The notes beneath the pieces were generated by a model. It ran no database searches. It was not told the DNA's origin and saw nothing but the letters and a program-made list of their open reading frames with translations. The position numbers were made by a program, and so were the translations under genes. From a bacterium (GTDB lineage Bacteria > Verrucomicrobiota > Verrucomicrobiia > Chthoniobacterales > UBA6821): a DNA stretch of 64,000 nt. Shown piece after piece: positions 19,659 through 30,453 of this stretch (the stretch's first letter is position 1; each line of letters starts with the position of its first letter). The DNA lies in the NCBI GenBank assembly GCA_021849805.1, contig JAJZSL010000009.1, positions 2,804 through 66,803 of the forward strand, given 5' to 3'.

Positions 19659-21998
19659 TTACTTCTCCCAGAGAAAGTTTTCTAATCGGAGCTTATTGAT
19701 CCTATTTTTTGCTTCTGTAGCACGTGGTCCCCTCTCCTGGATGATCTGTTCATAAAGCTTGATAGCCTCATCCCACTGTTTTTGAGATTCTAGAAGAAGA
19801 GCTGCTTGAAAAGCAGCTTTATCATGCCAGAAGATTTCTGGCTCCTGCTGAAGAGGAGTTTTCAAAGCTTCATAGTAAGCAGCAAGAGCAGCATCATTTT
19901 CTCCTAACTTTTCATTCGTTAATCCTATTTTACAAAGCGCTTGATTTCGCCAATAAGGAGAAGAAGTTGGATCATTGGCTAATTGGCGCCATGCAATCAT
20001 TGCTTCTTTGTAGTTTGTTGGGTCTTTAGGTCCTAGCGAATTGAGCGTATCCCCTTTGGCCATTTGAGCAGTACGCTTGAGTTGAGCTGTAGCCTCTTGG
20101 GAGGAGAGGATTTGATCATAGATAGCGATCGCTTCTTCTGGTAGTGCTTGAGCATTCTTAAGAGAAGCCTGTTCTAATCTAGCTTGCCAAGCATCTAAAC
20201 CTGCATGAGGGTTCTGAGCAATTTGTTCTAAGAGCATCAGAGCATCATCAATAGATTTTGGATCCATACTTCGAGAAGCGGCTTGAGCAGCTAAGAAAAG
20301 AGCTGCTCTTCCCAGTGCTGAAGAAGATTCTAGTTTTCCAACTGTTTCAAGTTCTACACGTGCTTCTCGTACTTTGCCAGAAGCGAGGAGAGCTTCTCCT
20401 AGTTTCATGCGAACTTGGTTCGTGAGAGAAGATTGAGGATAGTTTCTTAGAAAATGGCGAGCAGCTTGGATAACAGCTGGAGCACTCTGGAGAGTTCCCT
20501 CATCAATTTGAAAAATGGATAAATACTCTTCACGTTCACGCACTCCTGGATCATTACTTTTTTTTGGAGAGAGAGAATCAGACTGATGAGAAGAAAAATC
20601 TTGGAGTATTCGTTGATTGTAGAGAGCATCCTCAGAAAGCTCTGGATCAAGAAGGGCAGCCTCTTCAAAGGCTTTTTCTGCTGCGTCATGATTTTTTAAT
20701 GTTGATTGAGCTAAACCACGTTCAAAAGCATAGCGAGCACGCATTTTAGTAGAGAGATCTGCTCGATCCATGAGGTAGGAGAGAGCTGATTGAGGATCAC
20801 CTTCTAGAAGCTTTAGCTGAGCTATTTCTAAGGTGACTTCATCTCTGAGAGGATGTTGGGGATAATCTTTTAAAAATAATATTCTCTTATCATTTGCCTT
20901 ATCAACATGCCCAAGACGCTCAAGCATTCGAGCATAAGCCGGAAGAGCATAGGAAGCTCTTAAAGAATGTTTACGATCATCTGACCATTGTTGAAAGAGG
21001 TTTGTAGCGTTGTTATTTTCTAAAAGATAGAGCTTTTCTAACTGAGAAATTAATTCCGCCATTCGAGGTGAATCTGGATTTTCCTGCAAATATTTCTCGA
21101 GGATAAGTTGTGCTTCAGCTGGTTTGTTAAGCAAAAGATGAGAGTCAATAATACCTGAAATAGAAGCCGAAGAAGCCCAGGGATCCTTGGCTCCAACTTG
21201 ATAAAATCTTCGAAGCGCTTCTTTGCTATCTCCACGTTGTGCTGCTGCAAGAGCAAGAAGATAGGAGAAGCGGGGTTGCTCCTTCAGGCGCTCTGGAGGA
21301 AGAGAGGAGAAGAGTTCTTCAAGCTCCTTACCTCTTTGGAGTGCTAGAAGGATTGATCCCTTTTCTTGAAGTGCTAGAGAAGCGATAGAACCATTTTCAG
21401 GAAGGGTTTGTGGAAGAGTTTCCAGAGTTTGAAGTGCTTGCTCAAACTGACCTTCAGCTCGATAAGCTCGTGCAAGTGCTATTTTCGAAATTTCAGTTTG
21501 AGTTTCATCAAGCTGATGAGAATCGATATTTTCCTCAAGTAAAAGTGCTGCCTCTTGAGGGCGTTTTAGTGCTAAGAGATCCTGGGCTTTCCAGAAGAGA
21601 ATCATAGAAGAAGCAGAACTCTTCTTCAGATCAGTTAGCTCTAAGGAATTGAGAATCGATAGTGATTCCTCAGGATGACCTTCTCGTAGGAGAATCTCAG
21701 CGAGCCGTAGGGCAATCATCGAGTGCTTAAGAGGATCCTTTTCCTCTTGAAGTTGAACTCGCAAAATAGCTGCTGAGACATGCGGCAGTTCTTCAGAAAA
21801 AGCTTTCTTTGCTAGATCATCTTCATCATTCTGAGCCTGAGCACTGGAGGAAGGGGTGGTAGCCGGCTTCAAGGCTAGGTCAGCATCTTGGGCATTTGTT
21901 GACTTACTACCTAGGAGAAGAAAGTAAAGAAAAAAGAGAGAAGTAATAAATAAACAGAATAGAAAACACTCTGTTTGTAATTTTTTATTTTCACTCAC
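19659..21998 (-). CDS. TPR-repeat protein with N-terminal membrane anchor or signal
   Basis: N-terminal hydrophobic segment (FLFCLFITSLFFLYFLLLG), followed by many 34-aa A/L/Y-rich TPR-like repeats (e.g. ALARAYRAEGQFEQALQTLE, AAYYEALK). Confidence 0.75.
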   Translation of the reverse strand: MSENKKLQTECFLFCLFITSLFFLYFLLLGSKSTNAQDADLALKPATTPSSSAQAQNDEDDLAKKAFSEELPHVSAAILRVQLQEEKDPLKHSMIALRLAEILLREGHPEESLSILNSLELTDLKKSSASSMILFWKAQDLLALKRPQEAALLLEENIDSHQLDETQTEISKIALARAYRAEGQFEQALQTLETLPQTLPENGSIASLALQEKGSILLALQRGKELEELFSSLPPERLKEQPRFSYLLALAAAQRGDSKEALRRFYQVGAKDPWASSASISGIIDSHLLLNKPAEAQLILEKYLQENPDSPRMAELISQLEKLYLLENNNATNLFQQWSDDRKHSLRASYALPAYARMLERLGHVDKANDKRILFLKDYPQHPLRDEVTLEIAQLKLLEGDPQSALSYLMDRADLSTKMRARYAFERGLAQSTLKNHDAAEKAFEEAALLDPELSEDALYNQRILQDFSSHQSDSLSPKKSNDPGVREREEYLSIFQIDEGTLQSAPAVIQAARHFLRNYPQSSLTNQVRMKLGEALLASGKVREARVELETVGKLESSSALGRAALFLAAQAASRSMDPKSIDDALMLLEQIAQNPHAGLDAWQARLEQASLKNAQALPEEAIAIYDQILSSQEATAQLKRTAQMAKGDTLNSLGPKDPTNYKEAMIAWRQLANDPTSSPYWRNQALCKIGLTNEKLGENDAALAAYYEALKTPLQQEPEIFWHDKAAFQAALLLESQKQWDEAIKLYEQIIQERGPRATEAKNRINKLRLENFLWEK

Positions 21999-22030
21999 TT
22001 TTTTAGTTTTGATGCAATAGCGATTTTTTT

Positions 22031-22066
22031 CAACCTTAAGCTCAACCTTAAGCTCAACCTTAAAAA
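22031..22066. repeat. 12-bp tandem repeat (caaccttaagct x about 3)
   Basis: caaccttaagct caaccttaagct caaccttaaaaa read directly. It is intergenic between the zwf 3' end and the TPR gene 5' end. Confidence 0.9.
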
Positions 22067-22138
22067 TTAAAAAGTAGAGAACTTTTATTGCGTTCCAATT
22101 TTTGAAGAATAACTCAATATACCATGGAGAGGAGGATA

Positions 22139-23677
22139 CTAAAAGTGCTCAGGAGCCGCCTCCCTCCAGCTTGCACCATGCTTCTGTAACAATAAATGAG
22201 CTGCTTCTGGTCCCCAAGTTCCACTAGGATAAGAAGTCAGGTCTTTACTAGAAGTAGACCATGCTCTTTGAATTCCATCAATAAAAGTCCATGCTTCCTC
22301 CACTTCATCACCACGAGCAAAGAGCGTTGGATCTCCATGGATGACATCGAAAAGTAAGCGTTCATAAGCTTCAGGATTGGGTTTTCTAAAAGAATGTTCG
22401 TAGTCAAAATCCATACTTACTGGTTGAATAGAAAATTTGGAAGCAGGATTCTTTACTAAGAAGTTTAAGGAAATTCCTTCATGAGGCTGCATTCTCATGA
22501 CCAGAGTATTGGCAGGGAAACAACCTCCTTGAGTAGAAAAAAGATGTGTGGATGATGATTTAAAAGTAATCACAATTTCTGTTAATGACTGTGGCATTCT
22601 TTTTCCTGAACGAATAAAAAAAGGAACTCCTCTCCATCGTTGATTCTCTAAAGAGAGGTGAAGAGCTACATATGTTTCTGTTAGAGAATCGGAGGCCACT
22701 GCGGATTCGTTTTTGTACCCAAGGAGTTTTTCATTGTTAAAAAAACCTTCGCCATATTGAGCTCTCACGACGTTGTTAAAAACATCTTGACCATGTAGAG
22801 GTCTCAGTGATTTGAGAACATTAACTTTTTCATTACGAATAGCATGATCGTCTATCCTCGCAGGAGGCTCCATGGCAATCAGAGTAAAGAGTTGAAGAAG
22901 ATGGTTCTGAACCATATCACGTAAGGCTCCTGCCTGATCATAATAACCAGCGCGACCTTCAACACCCATCGACTCAGCGGCAGTAATCTGAACATGGTGA
23001 ATATGCTGAGCATTCCAGAGTGACTCAAAAATAGGATTAGCAAATCTTAGCATCATAATATTTTGAGCTGTTTCTTTGCCTAAATAGTGATCAATACGAT
23101 AAGTCGAGGACTCTGGAAAAGAATCATGAACCAGCTTGTTGAGATCACGAGCTGTTTCTAAGTTTGTGCCAAATGGTTTTTCGAGCACAACGCGTGTCCA
23201 CCCTTTTTCTCGAGATCTGCTCAGCTTACTTTCTTTAAGATGCTTCAAAATAACTTCGAATTGATGTGGCGCTACAGCAAAGTAGAAGAGTCGATTAGCA
23301 GGCAGCTGGTGCGCTGATTCATATTCTTCTAATTTTTTGGCAAGTTGCAAGTAGCCCTCTAAATCATCAAATTCCATCCTATGGTAGGAAATCGTAGAAG
23401 AAAATTGCTCCCAAAGGAGTTCATCAACTCCAGAACGTGAAAATTTAGAAAGAGAATTCTTTAATTCCTCTCTAAACTCATGATTACTTTTATCACGACG
23501 CGCTACCCCGATCACTTTCAGTGAGGAAGAGGAGAAAGAATTCTCAAGAGCTAAGTGATAAAGAGCAGGAATCAATTTACGATGCGTGAGGTCACCAGTA
23601 GCTCCAAATATCACCAAAGAACAAGGTTCAAAAGCTCTCTTGCTCAATTCTTCTGTGGGGAGTGGAAAAGTAGACAT
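22139..23677 (-). CDS. zwf: Glucose-6-phosphate 1-dehydrogenase
   Basis: GATGDLTHRKL NADP site, active-site RIDHYLGKE and EKPFG. The start is taken at MSTFPLPTEE (23677) because the ORF-track start at 23707 overlaps glyA. Confidence 0.93.
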   Translation of the reverse strand: MSTFPLPTEELSKRAFEPCSLVIFGATGDLTHRKLIPALYHLALENSFSSSSLKVIGVARRDKSNHEFREELKNSLSKFSRSGVDELLWEQFSSTISYHRMEFDDLEGYLQLAKKLEEYESAHQLPANRLFYFAVAPHQFEVILKHLKESKLSRSREKGWTRVVLEKPFGTNLETARDLNKLVHDSFPESSTYRIDHYLGKETAQNIMMLRFANPIFESLWNAQHIHHVQITAAESMGVEGRAGYYDQAGALRDMVQNHLLQLFTLIAMEPPARIDDHAIRNEKVNVLKSLRPLHGQDVFNNVVRAQYGEGFFNNEKLLGYKNESAVASDSLTETYVALHLSLENQRWRGVPFFIRSGKRMPQSLTEIVITFKSSSTHLFSTQGGCFPANTLVMRMQPHEGISLNFLVKNPASKFSIQPVSMDFDYEHSFRKPNPEAYERLLFDVIHGDPTLFARGDEVEEAWTFIDGIQRAWSTSSKDLTSYPSGTWGPEAAHLLLQKHGASWREAAPEHF

Positions 23678-23681
23678 AGTA

Positions 23682-24947
23682 TTAAGGAAGTGGAAATTTG
23701 CTAGCAAAACGTGTGACTCGTTCTCTCAAAGAGTGAAGAGCTTGCTCCTCTCTTCGATTTCGCAGTGCCTCTTCAATAAAATTAGCAATTTCAACCATAT
23801 CAGCCTCCAGAAGCGACCGTGTTGTCATTGCAGGTGTCCCTAGTCGAATACCTCCTGTTTTCACAATAGGCTCCGTATCAAAGGGAATTGCATTTTTATT
23901 AACAGTAATGGCAACTTTATCCAAGATTTCTTGAGCTTCTAAGCCATGAATCCCATAAGGACGAAGGTCGACTAAAAGAAGATGATTGTCCGTTCCTTGG
24001 GACACAATAGAGAATCCTAATTCCCTCAATCGTGTAGCAAGAGCCTGCGCATTGCGAACAATTTGGCGTGCATAGTCCCGAAAAGAGGGTTGAAGAGCTT
24101 CTTGAAAACAGACTGCTTTTGCTGCAATGATGTGCATGAGAGGCCCCCCTTGTGTTCCTGGAAAAACTTGCGAATCGATTTTCTTAGCATACTCCTTACG
24201 ACAAATAATAAGACCTGATCGAGGACCACGAAGGCTCTTATGAGTTGTTGTTGTTACAAAATCTGCATAAGGAACAGGACTGGGATGCACCCCTCCAGCA
24301 ACAAGACCAGCAATATGAGCCATATCAACAAAGAGTAGAGCTCCAACTCCATTGGCAATGGCACGCAAGCGCTCATAGTCAATAATACGCGAATAAGCAG
24401 AAGCACCTGCTGTAATCATTCTAGGTTTCAGAAGATTAGTCTGTTCTTCTAGGGCATCATAATTGATCAGACCATCATCTTCTCCAACTCCATAGTGAAA
24501 AACTTCATAAAATCTTCCAGAAAAATTAGCACGATGTCCATGTGTGAGGTGTCCTCCATGAGCAAGATCCATGGTTAAGAGACGATCCCCCGGGTTAAGT
24601 ACTGAGAAATAAACAGCCATATTAGCTTGACTGCCACTATGAGGTTGAACATTGCAATGATCTCCACCAAAGAGCTCTCGGGAACGCTCTATGGCTAACC
24701 TTTCTATTTTATCGACTTGGTCACACCCTCCATACCAGCGCTGAGAAGGATATCCTTCAGCATATTTATTAGTTAGACAAGAGCCTTGAGCTTCCATCAC
24801 GGCTCGACTTGTGAAATTTTCAGAGGCAATCAGTTCAACATGTTCTTGCTGTCGATGTGCTTCAGCAGCAATAATGGAGGCTATTTGAGGATCAGTTTTA
24901 CTTAAAAATGAAGTCATGAGTTGGTCGTGAAGTGATTTTTTTAGCAA
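23682..24947 (-). CDS. glyA: Serine hydroxymethyltransferase
   Basis: PLP site [14 protein letters not shown] and ELIASENF near the N-terminus. Confidence 0.96.
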   Translation of the reverse strand: MLKKSLHDQLMTSFLSKTDPQIASIIAAEAHRQQEHVELIASENFTSRAVMEAQGSCLTNKYAEGYPSQRWYGGCDQVDKIERLAIERSRELFGGDHCNVQPHSGSQANMAVYFSVLNPGDRLLTMDLAHGGHLTHGHRANFSGRFYEVFHYGVGEDDGLINYDALEEQTNLLKPRMITAGASAYSRIIDYERLRAIANGVGALLFVDMAHIAGLVAGGVHPSPVPYADFVTTTTHKSLRGPRSGLIICRKEYAKKIDSQVFPGTQGGPLMHIIAAKAVCFQEALQPSFRDYARQIVRNAQALATRLRELGFSIVSQGTDNHLLLVDLRPYGIHGLEAQEILDKVAITVNKNAIPFDTEPIVKTGGIRLGTPAMTTRSLLEADMVEIANFIEEALRNRREEQALHSLRERVTRFASKFPLP

Positions 24948-24960
24948 CGATTGTCATTTC

Positions 24961-25410
24961 TTAGATAAGATTTTTTTCTATAAAGAGGAGAATACGCTCA
25001 AGAGCTTCTTCAATAGCATGAGCACATTGTTCGTAAGCATCCAGTGTCCCTCCAATAGGATCATCAATGTCTTCTCGTGTTGTCCCTTCACTGAGCAAAA
25101 ATGTTTTTTCTCGAATATTGGGATAAAGAGTCAATATTTCTTGAAGATGAGATTTTGTCATTACAAAGATGTGAGTCGCTTCTTGGACTTTTTCTGCTCG
25201 CAGAGATTGGCTTCTAAATTTTGAAAAATCGATCCCTTGTTTTGCTAAAATAGCAACTGTTTTCTCACTAGCAGGAAGTCCATCTCTAGCATGAAGGCCA
25301 GCTGAAGAGATAGAAAAAGAATCCTTTGAAGCAATCATCTTTGTGAAAATTCCCTCGGCCAAGGGACTGCGACAAGTATTACCAGTACAAACAAAGAGTA
25401 TTGATTTCAT
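24961..25410 (-). CDS. Low-molecular-weight phosphatase, YwlE-like (protein arginine/tyrosine phosphatase)
   Basis: P-loop FVCTGNTCRSPLAEG (CX5R with the Thr seen in B. subtilis YwlE) and a DDPIGG acid loop. The glyA adjacency is also found in Bacillus. Confidence 0.8.
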   Translation of the reverse strand: MKSILFVCTGNTCRSPLAEGIFTKMIASKDSFSISSAGLHARDGLPASEKTVAILAKQGIDFSKFRSQSLRAEKVQEATHIFVMTKSHLQEILTLYPNIREKTFLLSEGTTREDIDDPIGGTLDAYEQCAHAIEEALERILLFIEKNLI

Positions 25411-25585
25411 GGAAAGAAGAGAGTAGTAAAAAATATTTTCTTAACGCAAGGCCTATTAGACTAGAAATTCTCAAAAAATAGCCGAGAACATATTCCAGAA
25501 AGAATATTCCATCAAGTAGCTCTCTATTCAGTGTTACCCTTCTGCTGACTAGCATCAGTTTAAAGAAAAAATGAAATCAATTGTT

Positions 25586-28357
25586 TCATCCTGTTGTTCG
25601 CAAACCACTGGCAATCGCATTGATAGAGAGTAGAACACTTGGCAGAAGCTTGACTGCTTGCGATGAATTTTCTTCTCGAGCTTGACGCCAGGTTTTTAAA
25701 ATCATGATTTGCTCATCATGAAGAAGGCTAAGAGCTTTGGCACGGAGCTCTAAGGTTTTTCCCATGCGTGGTCGACGTTCTTTGAGCGCACCTCCAAAAA
25801 TCTGATGTAAGTGATGCTTAGTTGTTTGAAACTCGAGCGCAATCATTGAAAAAAAATACTCCCTAATATTAACATCAGTTACTAACTCCGCATATTTCCG
25901 CATCATGGAAAGACTGGCACTAGCAAGATTGGTTTCAACATTGAGAAAAACATAGTTGAGAAAAGACCATTGACGATGCTTCTCTTTAAGAGCTTCAAAA
26001 AGATCTGGTTTTTCTTGTTCTAAAGCATGAAGAGCACTTCCAACACCAAACCATCCAGGAAGAAAATAACGAGCCTGATTCCAGCTAAAAACCCATGGAA
26101 TAGCTCTTAAATCGCTGAGTTGACGTTGTGCTGAACGCCGTTTGGGGCGTGAGCCAATTCGACTGACCTCCAGTGCGTCAATAGGAGTTGTCTGTTCATA
26201 GAATTTCAGAAAGTCATTGGCACCAATCAATGCTTGGTAAGCTTGACGACTGTAATTAGCTAAGAAAGCACTAATAGTTCTTTCCAGTGAGCAAGATTCT
26301 CTTCTCTTACTAGTACGCTGATTCAAGCACGAGAGTGTGGTCACTCCTGCTAAAAGCAATTCTAAGTGATAGGTTGCATTATTTTGTGTTCCATATTTTT
26401 GAGCGATTGTTTCTCCTTGTTCAGTCACTCTAAAATCTCCGCAGAGAGAACCAGGAGGTAAGGATTCTAAAAATAGATGTGTTGGTCCAGCACCTCGACT
26501 AATTGTTCCTCCGCGTCCGTGAAAAAACTGCATAACAATATTCATTTGGTGACCGATGTCGCTCATGGCCCTTTGAGACTCATGAAGAATCCACTGGCTT
26601 GCTAGGATGCCACAGTCTTTATTGCTATCACTATAACCAATCATGACTTGCTGTTTCTTAACATTTTCTTGCTGGTGATGAAGTGTTGCTATTCCTGCTG
26701 GTTCAGCAAAGTAGTCTGAGAGGACTTGAGCAGACTTTTCTAAGTCTTCATATGTCTCGAAGAGAGGAACCATGGGCAAGCGCAAATAATGAGTGCTCTG
26801 ATTCCAACCACTAAGACCTCCTTCTCGAGCAAGAAAAATAACAACGAGCAAATCAGAAAGACGATGCGTCATACTCACAATTAGCGATCCTAGAGAAGCT
26901 ACTCCGTAACGAGCAATTTGATGGCTTAGGAGTTGATACGTGCCTAAAAGGCTTTTTGCTTCTGGAGGTAGATCTTCTCTTGTTGTTAAGAGTGGTCGCT
27001 CCGTTGCTAACTCTTTTCTTAGAAAAGCGAGTCGTTTTGATTCATTCCACTCTAAAAAAGAGCTTGCATCGGGGAATTGAACAGCTTCCAAAATTTGTTT
27101 AACAACAAGATCATGCATTTGACTATTCTGACGAATGTCCAAACGAGCTAAATGAAACCCAAAAGTCTCTAGAGAGCGCAACAAAGGCCAGAGAGCATGC
27201 TTAAGAAGGTGGTTTGCATGAATATCTTGAAGACTCCTTAAAAGAATTTCTAAGAGTTCTTTGACTTCTTCTGGTTCCTTGAAACAAGTAGGAGCAGTAG
27301 AAGAGAAGGAAGTCTTTAATTTTTCTTTAATGAGCAGAACAAACTGTCGCCATGGTTCTTCAGGATAGCATTCTTGAATACTCTTTGATTCTCTCTCCAA
27401 CTCCATGCTTAATTGTTCAAGGGCTTGAGTAAACTCTGCTGATGTCGATTGAAAATGAATAGAAAGAGGAAGAGCTCTAGCTAATTCATCGAGTTGCTTT
27501 TCTAAAAGTCTAAAAGCTGCTAAACGTAATTCTTCCAAAGTTTCTCTAATCACCTCTGTTGTTACAAAAGGATGACCATCACAATCCCCTCCAACCCATG
27601 TTCCAAAGCGTAATTTAGGTCGAGATTGAGGAGAAGCAAGGAGGGTTTCTGAAAAGCCTAATCCTTGCCAAGCAAACTCTAAACGATGATCCAGCTGAGC
27701 AAGAGCCTCTGGTAAAATGTTACAAAAATAAAAAAGAATACCGCGCCTCTCTTCTTCAACTTTAGGCTGTTGGAGAAAAATTTCTCCACTTCTCCATAAT
27801 TTTTCAAGAACCACCTTGATTTTCTCACGACTAATTTTCTGCTCCAGTGGAGTCGTATTCTCTTGATCACGCTCTTCGAGCAGTTGATAGAGAAATCGAT
27901 GTTCATCTAATACAACTCCTCGTTTTGCTTCTGTAGGATGAGCTGTGAAAACTGGCTCTACACAAATAAGCTGAAGAGAAGCAGCAATCTCTTCTGCTCG
28001 AAGACCTGCTTCTCTGAGACGTTGTAACTGAGCTCCCCACAATCCTCTCTCGGAACTAAGACCATTGTTAATTTCACGAAGTCGACGAGTTCTCTGGGCC
28101 GTATTTGCCTCGACAATATTGAGCAGTTGAAAAGCGATAGAGTAGGCCTGATTCAGTTGATTAGCAGAGGAAGAAACTGACTTGCTCAGTGAAGTAATCC
28201 AAGGCAATTGTCCAGCAACTTGATCTTCTCCAAGTTCTTCTAAAACCTCTTGAAAACAAAGCATAAGAAAGCGAAGATCACGATCGATTTTTTTGAATCC
28301 ATCTAAGAGATAATTGTTTTCGTTTTGTGATTTTTTTTGTTTCAAACAATGCTTCAT
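25586..28357 (-). CDS. ppc: Phosphoenolpyruvate carboxylase
   Basis: VMIGYSDSNKDCG and FHGRGGTISRGAGP signatures, TAHPTE, and C-terminal GLRTTG. Confidence 0.95.
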   Translation of the reverse strand: MKHCLKQKKSQNENNYLLDGFKKIDRDLRFLMLCFQEVLEELGEDQVAGQLPWITSLSKSVSSSANQLNQAYSIAFQLLNIVEANTAQRTRRLREINNGLSSERGLWGAQLQRLREAGLRAEEIAASLQLICVEPVFTAHPTEAKRGVVLDEHRFLYQLLEERDQENTTPLEQKISREKIKVVLEKLWRSGEIFLQQPKVEEERRGILFYFCNILPEALAQLDHRLEFAWQGLGFSETLLASPQSRPKLRFGTWVGGDCDGHPFVTTEVIRETLEELRLAAFRLLEKQLDELARALPLSIHFQSTSAEFTQALEQLSMELERESKSIQECYPEEPWRQFVLLIKEKLKTSFSSTAPTCFKEPEEVKELLEILLRSLQDIHANHLLKHALWPLLRSLETFGFHLARLDIRQNSQMHDLVVKQILEAVQFPDASSFLEWNESKRLAFLRKELATERPLLTTREDLPPEAKSLLGTYQLLSHQIARYGVASLGSLIVSMTHRLSDLLVVIFLAREGGLSGWNQSTHYLRLPMVPLFETYEDLEKSAQVLSDYFAEPAGIATLHHQQENVKKQQVMIGYSDSNKDCGILASQWILHESQRAMSDIGHQMNIVMQFFHGRGGTISRGAGPTHLFLESLPPGSLCGDFRVTEQGETIAQKYGTQNNATYHLELLLAGVTTLSCLNQRTSKRRESCSLERTISAFLANYSRQAYQALIGANDFLKFYEQTTPIDALEVSRIGSRPKRRSAQRQLSDLRAIPWVFSWNQARYFLPGWFGVGSALHALEQEKPDLFEALKEKHRQWSFLNYVFLNVETNLASASLSMMRKYAELVTDVNIREYFFSMIALEFQTTKHHLHQIFGGALKERRPRMGKTLELRAKALSLLHDEQIMILKTWRQAREENSSQAVKLLPSVLLSINAIASGLRTTG

Positions 28358-28628
28358 GATTCACTTTAAAACTAACCTACAATCGATTAATTCCGGCTAC
28401 TCTCTTTACATCCGTATCTAACTTATCTGTATCTCCTTTTTAAGAATAAACTTTAGAAGAATTATACTCAGAAGCTTCTAGAGCTAGCAAGGCTTGAGCA
28501 TGGAGCAATATCAACCTAGCAGCAGTGATAAGAACGAACTTGAGAATAAGAAAGGCTTATAAAAATTTCTAACAATTATTTGTGAAAGCTATCATCATCA
28601 ACCTATTTCCTATTGAACCTTTATTAAA

Positions 28629-29861
28629 ATGATTTTCCTTTTACGAGTTTTATTTCAATCGTTGTTTATTATTTTTTGGGGAGGCATTTTTATTTATCTT
28701 GATACCTTTTTAGGAATAAAAAAAATTGAACCTAAAAAGTCAAAAGTCCTTTGTTTTAGAAAATTTATTTTTTGTTTTTCCGCTATTTTCATATTTTCTT
28801 TAGCAACAATTCTTGCAGGGAAAACCCTCGATCATTTTTTATCTTCTTTCCCTTGTTGGATACACTTTCCTATCCTGCTTCTAGCGGCGCTTCTTCTTAC
28901 GCTACTCATTATATTCGTTGGAATCATCATTCCCTATTTTATTGCAACAGCGAATAAATCGTCAGGATTATTCTTTTTGATTGGCAAGTTTACTGAATTT
29001 CTCTTAGCGATTCTTTCTCCTCTTCTCGACTTGTTCAGCAGCATTGAGTCCAAATATCAATCTTGCTCGATATTTTCCTTGTTAACTAATCATCCAACTT
29101 CTGAGAAGGATGTTATAGAAATAATGAATGAAGGACTTCATGCTGGAATTTTTAATGCTTCTGAAAAAGAAATGGTTGAGGGAGTTTTGGAGCTTGACGA
29201 ACAGAAAGCTACTTCACTAATGACACCACGTGCTCATGTTGTTTTTTTGGATATCGACGATGAAGAGGAGAAAAACTGGCGCCGCATTATTGCAAGTGGT
29301 CACTCGGAGTTTCCAGTTTTCCAAACAACACACGATAATATCGTTGGAATTGTTTCTATAAAGGCGTTGTGGGCCAACCTCTCTCTTGCTGGTAGCGCTA
29401 AACTTATTGATCTCATTACTCCCCCACTCTATGTTTTCTGTAACACAACTGCTTCAAAAATTATTGAAGAATTTCGAATTAAAAAAAATCATACAGCACT
29501 TGTTATCGACGAATTCGGAGTTGTTGAAGGTATTATTACGCTTAAAGATGTCATTGAATCGATTCTAGGAACACTTCCTGAACGCACCGTGAGGCGTCAC
29601 TACCCTGAGATTGAAGAACAGCCTGATGGCAGTTTTCTTGTAGATGCGATATTGCAATATCAAGAAATATCCCAAAAATTAAAACTTCCAATGCAAGAAG
29701 TAGAAAATCGCTATCAAACAATTGGAGGTTTTTTTCTCTATCACTTAGGTCACCTTCCTCGTGTAGGTGAAACAATTGTGATTGATCAATTGTCTTTTCA
29801 GGTTTTCTCCATGAATCGTCATCGAATCGATAAACTGCGTATTTTCAAAAACCAAGGATGA
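28629..29861 (+). CDS. CNNM/TlyC-family membrane protein (DUF21 + CBS pair + CorC_HlyC)
   Basis: Four N-terminal TM helices, a CBS-pair region (LMTPRAHVVFLDID...IVGIVSIKAL) and a C-terminal transporter-associated domain (GGFFLYHLGHLPRVGETIVI). Confidence 0.8.
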   Translation: MIFLLRVLFQSLFIIFWGGIFIYLDTFLGIKKIEPKKSKVLCFRKFIFCFSAIFIFSLATILAGKTLDHFLSSFPCWIHFPILLLAALLLTLLIIFVGIIIPYFIATANKSSGLFFLIGKFTEFLLAILSPLLDLFSSIESKYQSCSIFSLLTNHPTSEKDVIEIMNEGLHAGIFNASEKEMVEGVLELDEQKATSLMTPRAHVVFLDIDDEEEKNWRRIIASGHSEFPVFQTTHDNIVGIVSIKALWANLSLAGSAKLIDLITPPLYVFCNTTASKIIEEFRIKKNHTALVIDEFGVVEGIITLKDVIESILGTLPERTVRRHYPEIEEQPDGSFLVDAILQYQEISQKLKLPMQEVENRYQTIGGFFLYHLGHLPRVGETIVIDQLSFQVFSMNRHRIDKLRIFKNQG

Positions 29862-30426
29862 GACTCAACAGTGGTGTGAATGCAGTCAAAAGGCCACTTC
29901 CTAGCAATGTTATTCCATAAATAATACCCATAAAACAAAACGAATTCCAAATTTGATGATATCCTGGATTCGTAACTATTGAGATTGCTTTGAGCAGAAG
30001 ATAAGGAGCAGCAACAAAAATAAATCCAGCTACAATCCAAATATAAGCTAGAAGAGCAAGAAAGAAAGCACTCCAAGAAGTTTGTAAAAAAGTGATCTCC
30101 AAAAGCGAATGTGCGATTTCTAATACCAAAAATCCTAACGATCGTACTGCTAGAAAATCAGGAACAAGCCACCCAAAGAGAATCATGCCGATAAAAATAG
30201 CAATCAGAAAAATAGGGCGCATAGGTGAAAATTCACCTAAATCAACTGTTGCAACTAAAAGGAAAAAATAAACACTCGCAATAGCTAAAAGAATATTTCC
30301 GAAATATCGAGAACGTGGAAATTGTTGAAGAAATTTTTTGCTTACTGAAGGAACAAAAAATGCAAAAAAATGTTGCGCAAGAAGTATCGCTCCCAAAAAG
30401 ATTGTAGTGAATGGTAGTAGCCTCAT
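29845..30426 (-). CDS. Hypothetical integral membrane protein
   Basis: 193 aa with 5-6 hydrophobic helices. No family recognised. Confidence 0.55.
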   Translation of the reverse strand: MRLLPFTTIFLGAILLAQHFFAFFVPSVSKKFLQQFPRSRYFGNILLAIASVYFFLLVATVDLGEFSPMRPIFLIAIFIGMILFGWLVPDFLAVRSLGFLVLEIAHSLLEITFLQTSWSAFFLALLAYIWIVAGFIFVAAPYLLLKAISIVTNPGYHQIWNSFCFMGIIYGITLLGSGLLTAFTPLLSLILGF

Positions 30427-30453
30427 GAATAAATGAATTTGAACTATTGTTGC

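Noticed and set aside
23678-23707. Upstream ATG extending zwf by 10 codons
   Set aside because: The extension would overlap the 3' end of glyA by 26 nt. The downstream ATG (MSTFPLPTEE) gives a 4-nt intergenic gap and a normal G6PDH N-terminus.
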